Positions 10,083 through 20,510 of a stretch of 28,436 nucleotides of DNA are shown here, in pieces. The notes beneath the pieces are model-generated. The model had not been told where the DNA came from. It searched no databases and saw nothing but the letters and a program-made list of their open reading frames with translations. The translations under genes and the position numbers were made by a program. The stretch is from Spirogloea muscicola (lineage: Eukaryota). Position 1 is the first letter of the stretch. Every line of letters begins with the position of its first letter. The stretch is from contig WELB01000025.1 in the NCBI GenBank assembly GCA_009602725.1, forward strand, positions 730,929 to 759,364, read 5' to 3'.

Positions 10083-10863
10083 TTAATTAGGTGGATAAGC
10101 GGGGCCGTAAGCAGGCTGAGGAGGAGGTGGATATGCTGCTGCTGGAGGATATGCAAATGGTGCCTTTGGGTACATGTCTGGGTTTTGAGCAGCCAACACA
10201 GCAGCAACTTGTGCGTCCTTCTCCCTGGCCCTTCTTAGCGCACATCTCCGCAAGAAAATGATTGTGATGATTGCAGCAAGACAACCAACGGCCACGATAA
10301 CCCAAATGATGATTCTGGTTGTGCAACCAGAGCAACTACTGCTGCTGGGAGTATCTTCAGTGTAGTCGTAGTGCTCCACAAATGCCATACTGTCATCCTG
10401 AAGCTCTGCCGTAGAGAAAGCTTGGCTTCCAGCCTCTGCTTGTATCTCTTCTCCCAGCAACCGACGTGCATGTGAATGCGCAGCCCCTGCATTCATTGCA
10501 TATGCAATTCGAACCAATGAGCGGAGCCTTTCGTAAGCAACAGTGACAAAGATGTGCAGACAATAACATCCCCACAATGTGATGTGCAGCATCAGGCCGT
10601 GGCCATCAGCCCATCAGCTTCGCATATAATGCAACCTGACTGGCGTCTACCTTGAAGCTGACACGGGAGTGAATGGTGACTACAGTACTCCGATGGCACG
10701 CCGCCAAAAGCACTGCAGACTGGAGACCTCGGCGCCGACTAGGCTCACGCAGAAAGTAATGGTGCAAGGCCGCGGAGAACGCACCTGCTGCGACGGCGTG
10801 GGCGGTGGCGAACGAGCAGAGGACGGCTGCGAGCACCAGCGGGGCGACGCAAGGGCGAGCCAT
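10083..10863 (-). CDS. Type I single-pass membrane protein with a Pro/Tyr-rich cytoplasmic tail; exons 10863-10785, 10486-10083
   Basis: Signal peptide MARPCVAPLVLAAVLCSFATAHA; phase-1 GTGCGT...TGCAG intron; RRLL motif; short acidic ectodomain; TM IIIWVIVAVGCLAAIITIIFL followed by RR; tail YPKAPFAYPPAAAYPPPPQPAYGPAYPPN*. Confidence 0.8.
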
Positions 10864-11089
10864 CTCGGGAAAGGAGCTCGATAACTAGCAAGCGGTGGGG
10901 AAGCCTGGCGATCAGTGAGAATGGGGGCAGCGGAGGTCGTACGCCGGGGTTGCGGCAGCGGTATATGGTCACTGGGAACGCGGCGGTGGGGTTATGGGCG
11001 ATTGGCACTGGGGCTCGAGAAGGAGTGAGGAGCCAGGTCTCTACATATGCTCGAGGGCAGAGGGGCAGGTGTCAAGGCAAAGTCAAAGG

Positions 11090-11432
11090 GGGGGGGGCGC
11101 CCGGCCGGGCGAGATGGTCAAGCACCACATGGGGGCGTGCCGCCGGTCTGCTGTGTGCCGTCCGATGCGCATCCGGCGGCCGTTGTGCCCTCGGGGTTCG
11201 TGCCCGGGCGTCTTGCCGCGTTCTTCGCAGGGTTGCTCTTCCCGCCGCGGTCACGACTCGGTCTCGGCGGATGGAATATCTCACTGCCGGTAGGCTCCTC
11301 ACAGTCTGTCGCTCAGTTTATGGCAGGCTGCGCTTCATCGTGGCCTCCCTTTGTTATTGGTAAGCGAGCTGGTCGTGGTGGCCACCTGGGCCCAATCCTG
11401 CCCAATCCTTTTGGGTTGACCTCCCTCAGCCG
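11090..11432 (+). mobile_element. Degenerate RLE C-terminus plus 3'-UTR motif
   Basis: Frameshifted fragments GGARPGEMVKH, CALGVRA and LSLSLWQAALH are followed by CCAATCCTTTTGGGTTGACCTCCCTCAGCC (about 11402-11431). Confidence 0.5.
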
Positions 11433-11460
11433 CAGGAAGACTTCTGCAGAAGAGGGCGAT

Positions 11461-11670
11461 GCCTGTGGTTGGCCAGCCCAGATGACAAGATTGAACGAGA
11501 AGATTGCGGCTGCCGAAACAAACAAATAAACAGCGCAGGTCAGGATAACCAGTCTCCGGGTAGCGGGTCCCCTGTCTATAGCCAGATCCCGGCCCCTTTG
11601 GAAGAGCTCACTTCATCCAATCCCAGCCCACAGAAGAGTGCACAAGGACCAAAGTAGTAGGAAAGTGGAG
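11461..11670 (-). mobile_element. Two short minus-strand 3'-UTR motif copies (11461-11500, 11620-11670)
   Basis: The reverse complements read TTCAATCTTGTCATCTGGGCTGGCCAACCACAGGC and GGTCCTTGTGCACTCTTCTGTGGGCTGGG. Confidence 0.6.
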
Positions 11671-11719
11671 TAGATTGCGGGCTTCGTGAATGCCAGGGTC
11701 AGCTGAGGTCGATGGAAGG

Positions 11720-11860
11720 TACCTTGCAAGGCCTCGTGGTGCGGCTCGCTGGCGGCTTCAGCCGTCCCGAGGAGCGTCCGGCCGACTTGCGTATTATTTG
11801 GCACCTTGCTGCCCTATCAGCCCTTGTTCATTCCTTTGGGCCAACCTCTCATAGCCGCTG
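11720..11860 (+). mobile_element. Degenerate retroelement 3' end
   Basis: GCCGACTTGCGT (ADLR) is followed by CCTTGTTCATTCCTTTGGGCCAACCTCTCATAGCC (11823-11857). Confidence 0.65.
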
Positions 11861-11929
11861 TCCTACGCTTAAAGATAGACTGCTGCTAGCGTCAGTAGGC
11901 TTTGAATGAAGTATGAACGAATCAACGTT

Positions 11930-12180
11930 TCGCTGCCATGGGGGCTCTTAAGCACTTCATGAGTAGTAGCCGTCCACTTATGGGCAGGCCGCACCTTGGC
12001 TGCTGCGTTCAGGTTCTGACAGGGCACGCTTCTTCGCTCTCTACTTTTTGCGATCTGCATTCACTGAATAATATTACTGAGCGCCCATTCGCAGAAGTAA
12101 TGGAGTAGTTGCATGTTTTGCACCTTCCGGCCCTTTCAAACCTTGTCAAATCCATTGGGCTGGCCTCTCACAGCCATTGC
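11930..12180 (+). mobile_element. 5'-truncated RLE retrotransposon 3' end
   Basis: AVHLWAGRTLAAA...QG...DLHSL..TACTGA (about 11969-12080), then GGCCCTTTCAAACCTTGTCAAATCCATTGGGCTGGCCTCTCACAGCC (12129-12175). Confidence 0.85.
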
Positions 12181-12212
12181 CGTACATTGGGAGAGCTATT
12201 TCTTCCTTTTCT

Positions 12213-12242
12213 TTCTGTGAGAGACCAGCCCACAGAAACAGC
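12213..12242 (-). mobile_element. Minimal hairpin-only copy of the 3'-UTR motif
   Basis: The reverse complement reads TTTCTGTGGGCTGGTCTCTCACAG. Confidence 0.55.
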
Positions 12243-12717
12243 TCTTTATTTTCTGAGTGGCCACTTACAGCCATCGCCCTCATGATACCGTTGTTATATC
12301 CCTGTATCTGTGCTGTATCCACCATCATCATTTAGCAAGTTGTTGAGAGGCTCTGCAGCATGCACAGCAGGCATCACAAACACGCTGGTCTTATTTGCTG
12401 AAGCCTGGAAGCAGATCCAACTCAAACTTTAGTATGCGCTCTATCACATTAACGCTATTTCATTCCTTCCTACACTAGTAGTAATAATGAATTCATGGAT
12501 ATCCCATAGTCGATCACAGTGGCTGCAAAGAGCACACCTGCTTACTAATGAGATAGCTCGAGGCAGTTTGCCTTTCGCATGACTGCATGATGTGTAATGA
12601 TCCAGTGTAGCTATTGCAGCTACGGCAATGGCTTACGGCCGTGCTTCAATTAGTTGAGCACGGTTGTTATGTAACATTGCTTTGACATAGTTGGTCAATT
12701 TCAGTGATCACAAGACA

Positions 12718-14939
12718 TTATAAGAAAAGGAGATTGCTTGAAAGGCTGACGGCGAATGGCTCAACCAGAAGGCGAGTGAGGAGGTAGAAGGTGATGCCGA
12801 GTGCAATGGAGATGGGCAGTGCCGGCAGTGCCTTCTTGTGCAGCGCTAGGAGGATGAGTGTCAAGCCGAGGCCAGCAATCACGGCCAGGTAGCACGCGTA
12901 CACGGTCATGAGGTCATACATGGCCGCGCGCCCGACAAGCACGCTGTAGAAGATGAAGTCTCCCAGGCCCAGCTGCACTCATGTATGGCAAAGTGCTGGG
13001 CTCAGACTTGCTGAAGCAGCCTAGACCAACAAGCTTGGATTTAATGTGAATTTGGGCTTGCTGAAAGAATTTGACCTAGTGCTAACAATCTTACAGTGTG
13101 CAGCATGGAACTTTGCCAGCGGACACAGCAGAAGCTAGGCTGTTTATGTCAGGGATGACTATGGTATACCTTGATGGCATCTCTGAGCTCGAATTCGCCC
13201 ACGCCATCATCGTCGCTCTGATCCGCTTCCAGCACAGGTATGCGCCGCTGAACAAGGTCAGCACCGGAGGCAACAGGCAGCGCCATTGGATGCACGCGCC
13301 CCGGGCCCATCGTCGACTCAGTCGTGCTTGCGACTGGCGGCAGCTGCTCCAATATGAGAGGCCTCAGCTCCTCCTCAGCCGGCGTGCTCTTTGGGTCACT
13401 TAAAGGCACCGAGGACGACAACGGCACGGTCCTTGTTCCACTACCTCTGCCTGTGCATTCCATTGCACTGCAATGGTTATTCTTGCTGCTCAGCCCAAGT
13501 CCACAGAATGGCTGCTAACATCAGCTGGTTCGTACATTTTGCGGTACGGCAAATGCATTTCGCAGACGACAAGACCCACACGTGCTTTTCAAGCTAGAGC
13601 ACCTTCATAGTTAGGAGTGGAGCTAGAAGCGTCGGTAGGAACTTGGACTTCCGGCTTGCCCTGCAACCCTTCCAAAGCCAGCGGCTCACCCTCATGCTGC
13701 ACGTCACCATTGCTTCTCAAAATAAATTCTCCACCTTCTCTGGTAGGACGAAGATTCACTCGGGCCGCCTGCAGGCGCTCCCTACGGCCGGTGTGCAAGG
13801 ATGGAGAGGATTCGCTGCGCTCAGGGTCTCTGGGCTCGCTCGCAGGCGGAACTCGCCGCACGACGGAAGAGCGGGCCTCGTAGACGAGAGCAGGAATGTC
13901 CTCATTTCGCTCCATGGCCATCTCTACCAGCATCTTCAGGGGTCCTCCTGTGTTGATATAATGTTCAGGCCAAGGATGTCAACGATAAGATGATTGAGCA
14001 ATTAAGATCAATTCCATGGCTGCCGGAGCTGGAAACCTAGTGGTAACAGGCTGCTTCTTTCTTATTGGGCTCCCAACCTGACCCTCAGCAAGAATGCCTA
14101 AGCCTTAAAGCCTAGATTGAACACACAACAACAGGGAGTAGTCTAAGCCCAACTTGACGCAGTACACATTATGGAGCACAGCAGCTGTGTATGGTGCTTG
14201 TTGAAGCGGATCAATAGAGGTGGGAACTGTCTGTAGGTGGAGTACCTGGGACGAGAACGGCGACGAGGTCATAGACGGCCATGGCAGCAAGGAGGAGCCA
14301 GGTGGTCCACTCGGGCAGCTGTGTGAACCAGAAGGCGACGACAGCTCCGATGGCAACGAGGTACGACTGCGTGAGGAGCAGCGGCAGCACCGGGGAGAAG
14401 ACGGCGAGAACGCCGACGACGGCAAAGTTGTAGAGCAGGATGGCGAAGGTGACGGCGTCGACAGGCAGCGAGAGCGCCTGGACTAGCTGCACGGCAACGG
14501 AGCCGCCCATCCAGGCGAGGATGGTGAAGCCGGAGAAGGTCATGTAGGCCCAGATGAGGCGCGTGCAGCGAAGGTAGAAGAGGCCGACGAGCGCAAAGGT
14601 GACGACCGCGATGGCGCCCACGAAGACGAGCGCGTTGAGGAGCGCGCCCACGAGCTTGGCCCCCGGTGGGTCTGACGCTCGCTCCTGGTACACCAGCGTG
14701 GCGATGGCGGGGCCCGCCTCGGGCGCGCCGCCTGGCAGGAGCACGCAGACCAGCGCCACGACCAGCACCATGCACAGCGACACCGGCGCTATGATCGCAG
14801 TCAGCTGCCCCCCGAGGCCGTCCAGCACGCTGCCGCCGGACGGCTCAGCATCCTCCAGGTCCGCCGCCGTCGCCGTCGTGTCTGAAGGCTCGGCCGCCAT
14901 CGCTGGCGCGGCCTCGTCGTCCCGCTCGTCTCGCCTCAT
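12718..14939 (-). CDS. PSEN: Presenilin (gamma-secretase catalytic subunit, peptidase A22A); exons 14939-14246, 13947-13603, 13450-13170, 12972-12718
   Basis: Multiple TM helices; catalytic [19 protein letters not shown]...PALVYE joined across intron 1; [18 protein letters not shown] (GxGD); ALPALP (PAL motif). All three introns are GT-AG and phase-consistent. Confidence 0.96.
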
Positions 14940-15122
14940 GGCGGCGGAGACGGCCGAGCAGCAGAGCGTTGCTCAGCTCTCGGAGTCCCAGTGGCGAGCC
15001 ATTGCCAAGCGCCGCAAGTAGATGGCAGTTGAAGCGGTCAGAGCAACGCCAAGACCTGCGCCAGCGTCGGCGCCCACCTGGCTCGGCAGCGAGCGGCACC
15101 GCCGCCGCACGCCTGCCGCGTC

Positions 15123-15168
15123 GGGTTTAGGGTTTAGGGGTCGGGTTCCGGGCTTAGGGCTTATGGTT
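15123..15168. promoter_or_regulatory. Telomere-like tract / telo-box upstream of presenilin
   Basis: GGGTTTAGGGTTTAGGGGTCGGGTTCCGGGCTTAGGGCTTA contains a perfect TAGGGTTT (15128-15135), about 190 bp upstream of the ATG. A regulatory role is inferred. Confidence 0.6.
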
Positions 15169-15466
15169 CGCACAGCCTGCTGCACGAGGTCTCCGAGGGC
15201 TGCGCCGCGCTGCGCAGGGCGTGGCGACATCCGGCGACGGACCCCCCAGGAGCGTCGAGCGCCGGCCTTGCCGTGGAGACCTGGGCCTCGTCCATGGCGG
15301 AAGGGCGGGCTGCCAATCCTGCCGTCTGGTGGCTCAGGTCCCACACTTCAGAAGACCATTGCGGCTGCTCTTCCAATAATAGAGCGGCTGTAGAAGCCAG
15401 CGAGATACGTACAGATGCTTTTAATGACTACATTAGCGGAGCCACAGACAAGGCAGACAAGGGCGC

Positions 15467-15890
15467 CCTCTTAGTATCCTCAATGGGCAAGCCCTCCTCT
15501 TAGTACCCCTTTGTCAGTCAGGCGACGTCTTTCCGCCTGCTAGCTATCAGACTTGCATCTACTGACTAGAGGTTACTGAGAGTCCGCTTGCTGCTGTCTT
15601 AGTCCTTAGCACTCCGGCTCCTTCAGACCTTGTCCATTCCTTTGGGCTGGCCTCTCCCAGCCACCAGTAAATCTGGCCGCGCTTGCTTTGCTTGTCAGTG
15701 GTAGGACGAAGTGCTCTCGAGGTCGGGTGCTCGTTGAAGGGATATTCAGGTGCGAGAGCAAGGCCGCCACCAGTGAGACTCACGAGCTGGGCTTTTCACA
15801 GCCCTTGCCCCCAGGGGCTCTTGCCCCCAGAGAAGCGCCCCTGGGGTCAAGGGCACCTTGTACAGTCCTTTGCCTGGCCTTCACACGCTG
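15467..15890 (+). mobile_element. Stack of at least four retroelement 3'-end fragments
   Basis: 15475-15501 is 25/27 identical to 20444-20470. About 15520-15579 reads GDVFPPAS/SDLHLLTRGY*, with the motif at 15616-15686. 15790-15813 is identical over 24 nt to rc(19752-19775). CCTTGTACAGTCCTTTGCCTGGCCTTCACAC lies at 15856-15886. Confidence 0.88.
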
Positions 15891-16387
15891 AAGGCGTCTG
15901 CTCGACGAAGCTTCTTCTCTCTCTTTCATAACACCCGTTGGTTGTGGAAGGTTAGCTTGCAAGGTCTGCATTGATTTGCAGATGGAGTGGGTACAAGAAC
16001 AAACAGTATTGCGGCAATATGCTCATGCCTGCGTCTGAACTAGCAAGCAACAGGAGTCAAGCTTAGCAAATCGTAGCAATCTCGAGGCACGGCAATGTTG
16101 AGACATGGCATGTGACTACAAATTAGCCGCTTGAGCCCTTTCAGAGTTAACTCAGCGATTGTATAACGCCTTGCATGGGCACTGGCACACAAGCGAGGTG
16201 CACAGCCTAGGCGTAAATTGCTGCAATAGATTAAGTGCTCAGTAACGAGCCAAAATACAGCCACGGGACAATGGTGAGTGCCTAAACTACAAACCAGGTA
16301 CAACGCAGTATATGATAATCCTACTGGACCATACGGACAACTAGTGGTGTACAGGGTATGCTTAAAATCATAGCACCAGAGACTTCT

Positions 16388-18634
16388 CTAGCGATGTAGC
16401 GGCTGCATGCGAAGCGGCGCTTCCATCTGGCCAGCTTCCAGGTGCTGGTCTCGCGCATAGGCCTCAAGGAGTGCTGGGTCAGCTGATGGTATTGTGAACA
16501 GCGGCCGATGCTTTGACACTTTTCTACTGTCCTCCTTGTAAGGCATGGGCCCATCGTCGCTGCTAGATTGCCCGCCTAAAGGAATCTCTCCCACTGGTTT
16601 GGCTTGCTTGATGAAGAGCTTGTGGTCGCCAACCTCGTAGTACTCGGCAGTCCGTACCTCCTGACTCAGTGCACAGCAGCTGCAGAAGAGCCAGAGCGTG
16701 CAATCACTGGCGTTGGCACTGCAACAGCACCACGTGTACGCTGGCAGCCGGTACCGCACCCGCGTCTTGATGCGCCAGTAGCCGCCATAGAGCACGCCGA
16801 CGAGCGACAGGATGATGCCTGTCACGCCCAGCGCAGTGCGGACATCGCCATCGAGGTTTATAGCGGCGAGGTTGAAGATGAGGAAGGGCGCGGAGAGAAA
16901 GAGCACAAATGTGACCATGTGGAGGAACTTGTTGCCCCAGCCGAGCCGCTCTGCATTGATGCCAAATACGCACACAAGGCAGAGGGAGGAAAGCAGGGTG
17001 ACGCGCCAGTTGCTGGCACAGCCGCGCAGGGCCTCGCCACGCCACTCAGGTTCGTCCACAATCTTGCCGTGGTCTGACATTGTCGCCTGGCGCTCCAGCC
17101 AGGGGCTCATGCTTCGCTCACTCGCATTGCCGTCGAAATCATACTCTCTGCCCAGCGGGCTAAGGATGTTGTACAACCCTGCTGCTGCGGCGGACCCGAT
17201 GGCGGCACACAGGCACAGAGCAACACCGATTGCTGGCCGTGTGTGGCGCGGGTAGCTCCAGTTCAGCCCAGCTAGGCAATACTGAGACAACATTGACGAG
17301 CAAACAATCTGCGTCAGCTTCTACACAGTGAGTGTCTACCTGAAGAATTGCTCAAGTGTTGTGGACACTACAAGGGCCCCCATCCATTGTATATGACAGG
17401 GTTGATGGACCACCACATCGACTTCTCAGAAGAAGCTCAGCAAGGGAAGCAAGAAGAATCAAGAACATCCATGCATGTGTGCCTTCAGCTGACCATTGAT
17501 CCAATGGCATGCATAGAAAAGCAAGGGCGTGCAAACAACACAGAGCCACACAGAGGGACAGTGTCTCACCTGTGAGACACAGTTGAGATTGAGGAGAAAA
17601 ACGACAACTAGCATGTGATACCACTCATTGGGCTTTCGTGTGCTGTGCTTGCAGTAAATCTTTCGCATTTTCTGCACGTCCCTGGGTTGCCAGTTGTGCA
17701 GCCAGATGGCGTGCTGCACCCGTCCTGGGTGAAGCACCACACACAGCAGCGTAAATAGTCCATTGAGGATCTGCATTTCCCAAGAAACATGAACAGAGTA
17801 AGCAATGGGGTCGCCCATTGTAGCACGGCCGGCACAGCACTATCTGTTTGTCACCAAGTCATGTTCAGACAGATCACCTTGACCTCCATGATACTTATAC
17901 TTTTGCAACAAGGACTTCATAGAGAGTCAGCTCCTTCTGGAGGGCTTACGCCTTGGGGAGTGCTTTATGGGATGCCACAGGGTGGTGAAAAGGGTAATGC
18001 GGACCTGGTTGCATGCCTCAAACCACGCATTGCGGTCGCTCTTGCGAGGGATCTGCGAGTTGAGGATGCCAGTCATCACAAGGAAGAGGATGCCGCCCGA
18101 GACAGCGACCGCCACGATCCACAGAAAAAGCAGCATGTTCTTGGGGTGCTGAATCCAGGCCCAGCAGTCCCGCCGAAGGTCTGCCCATAGCACGTCGCCA
18201 ACGGCAGGGAGGTGGATGCCTTCGCTGAGCGGTAACCGCTCTGACGGTACCTGCGCCGACACCTCCTCCCGCTTCTCGGCCAGGATCTGCATAGGGGCCA
18301 GAGCAGGGTGGGGGATGCTGAGCCATGACCGCCCTGCTCTTCCAAGCTGAAAGTCAGGACCAAATTGGAAGAATGACTGAGCTAGATGGGCGCAACGCTA
18401 GGCTTCTGTGCTGCAGGAGCTGACCTTTATGGTGGTGGACGGCCGCAGAAGGAGGTCCTGAACGCGCACAGACGAGCTCCTCGACAGCGAGTTGACGCTA
18501 CATACAGGCCCCTTATCAACTGGTGCTGGACTTGACGTCCCTGGCTCTGAGGCAGGCCCGACGGCAGCCGTGCCCGTCAGCCCTGGGCTCAGGTCCCCGC
18601 TGTAGAGAGAGTCCGCTTGACCACGATCCGCCAT
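16388..18634 (-). CDS. PLAC8-motif / DUF2985-type membrane protein; exons 18634-18425, 18286-18005, 17770-17570, 17281-16388
   Basis: WIQHPKNMLLFLW...WFEACNQ|ILNGLFTL...LLNLNCVSQ|YCLAGLNWSY...PEWRG...DCTLWLFCSCCALSQEVRT (PLAC8 CxxCALxQE). Three phase-0 GT-AG introns. An upstream exon is likely (acceptor near 18709), so the start is uncertain. Confidence 0.9.
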
Positions 18635-19669
18635 AGGCGGCGCGGCTCTGTCACGGGGCCGAACACAGCACTCTCGTTTCCACCCTGCGCAGGACAAGTA
18701 ACGCCACCTGAGATATGAAAAGGCTCAAAACTGATGAGAAAATGAGACTTTGCATGCCTTGTCAGGCCTTATCGCGACTGCTGAGATTATTTGAGAGAGC
18801 AGCTTGCCATGAGCATGCCGCAGGCCGCCAGCGGCCAGCAATTAATCGACATCCTTAGCCTCTCAAGTATCTGACCAGCAGCTGACCAGCAGCCACTCAC
18901 AGGTCTTTGGACAATCCTGCGAGCAAAGGGGCGTTCCCGATGAGCAGCTTCACGCAAAGTGTCTGCTGTGGTGCAACTAGACGAAGGCAGTTCCTCTGTA
19001 AAGCCCTCGGCTGTCTGGATCGCCCGGGCTGGCACAGACTAGCGTTTGTCCCTGATGTGCACGTCAAATTTGAGCTTCGGAGGACTGGCAGCAGTCGTCG
19101 TGCGATGTTGAGCCGCGTCGGCGCACCGCTCGATGCCACAGCAGCGGCTCTCTCACAGCCAGCGCCCGGCGCCCGCAGGTCGAGACTCAGGCCCTGGCTG
19201 CCGCTGTCGCTTCTGCCAGAGCCCGCCGGGCCCCTCCGCCAGCAACTTCTTGCTCCCCGGACGACCGCGCCGGAGGCGGCTCCCGGCTGACGGCGGGCGA
19301 GCACGAGCTTGCGTAGTGGAGGCGACTCGCCGCCGCCTTCGCCGTCGTCGCCGCCGCGGCCGCCGCGGCCGCGTTCGCCGCCGAGGTCAACGGCCGCCAG
19401 CGGCGGCGGCCGAGAATGGAGTTTGTACCGAGTGATAGACGGAGGGCCTGAGCGGCTAAGTACAGAGGTAAGCCCATTGAGGGGGAGGTATGCGTTCAGG
19501 AAGCTACCCGGCAGGCGGCCGCGACGATGCCTGGGCGCCACGTATAGCAATCCAGCGCACCGTTGCCGGGCGCCAGCGTGGCAGGTGCTCCCCTCCAGCG
19601 TGGCAGTCGATGCCCGCTCGAGGACTCCACGTCGGACCACAGGGTCCGCCGTGGCGGGACGGCCCGCCC

Positions 19670-19835
19670 TGGCCCTTCCGGAAGCGGGAGCCGAAATGCG
19701 CCCCCCCCAAACAGCCGCCCGTCGGCCGGTAACGAAGAAGTGGCTTTCCAATGGGGGCAAGGGCTGTGAAAAGCCAGCCCGAAAAGAATTGACAAAGGTT
19801 TGAAGGGGCAAAGTGCCGGAGGGGCCTAAAGTGCT
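19670..19835 (-). mobile_element. Short retroelement 3'-UTR copy
   Basis: The reverse complement reads CCCCTTCAAACCTTTGTCAATTCTTTTCGGGCTGGCTTTTCACAGCCCTTGCCCCCA (19808-19752). Confidence 0.88.
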
Positions 19836-19842
19836 ATGTTAG

Positions 19843-20510
19843 AACGGAAACGAGGCCATTGTCAGCGATCAACTTGTTCACTTTCCTTATCTCGCTAAGG
19901 GGATATTGATGGGGCACACAGCGGCCGCTTGGTTCGCTGTGTGCAGTTTCCGGTCAGCCACGTCAGTCGCTGTTTGCTTTAGGGCTTCAGCCAAGGAGCT
20001 AAAATACGCAGATCTCTCGCGGGAAGACAAGTTCTTCCCGCTCGCCATCGATACGCACGGGGCGCTGGGCGCTCGGTGGCTCGAGCTGCTCAACCAGCTC
20101 TCTCGTCAAGCCATTGCCCGCCGCTTCCATGGGGAGCCGGTGGACTCCCATGCAGCAGGGTCGCTAGCGCAGGTGTACCGCATGCGCTTGGCCGTCTCGC
20201 TGCAGAGGTCTATGGCCCGCGCGCTGCACCTGCGTGCAGGCAGAGCCCTCGCTGCTGCCTCTGGCTCTGGCCAGGGGACCCGCTTCCAGGAACCCAGTCT
20301 CTCTGACCTGAGGCTGCTTAGCAGGGGTTACTGAGTGCTTCGTAGCTGCTTCGTTTCTTTTCTGTGCTTGTTGTTCTTCGTACTTCCCCTGGCCCCTTCT
20401 CGTCCTTTGTACATTCTTTTCTGGGCTGGCTTTTTCCAGCCCCTATCCTCAATGGGCGAGCCCTTCTCTTCAGCTGGCGCCTTCGACCCTTTCCTTCATT
20501 CTTTTTCCCA
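19843..20510 (+). mobile_element. Best-preserved 5'-truncated RLE (CRE-like) non-LTR retrotransposon copy: endonuclease C-terminus plus 3' UTR
   Basis: Open frame 19843-20334 contains ASAKELKY...FFPLAIDTHGALG...LAVSLQRSMA, the K-x2-KY / FxPxAx(E/D)TxGxxG / LSxxLQR pattern of CRE-clade RLE domains. The catalytic PD..D segment is not recognisable. A perfect hairpin GGGCTGG-CTTTTT-CCAGCCC lies at 20423-20442. Confidence 0.9.

Noticed and set aside
13655..13665. GC donor (CAGG|GCAAGC) in presenilin exon 2
   Set aside because: A canonical phase-1 GT donor (GAAG|GTGCTC, 13603/13602) is available in the same open frame.
18897..19811. 304-aa minus-strand ORF and overlapping plus-strand ORFs
   Set aside because: No recognisable domain. 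It begins within a retroelement UTR copy and crosses the GC-rich putative 5' region of the PLAC8 gene.
20423..20442. Histone 3' stem-loop or self-cleaving ribozyme
   Set aside because: The 7-bp stem and 6-nt loop differ from the 6-bp/4-nt histone hairpin. I found no hammerhead core (CUGAnGA...GAAA) or HDV pseudoknot by eye. An Infernal/Rfam scan would settle it.
220..20510. Recurrent hairpin motif as a CRISPR array or bacterial terminator
   Set aside because: The context is eukaryotic. Spacing is irregular, orientation is mixed, there are no cas genes or U-tract after the stem, and the motif is tied to retroelement ORF ends.
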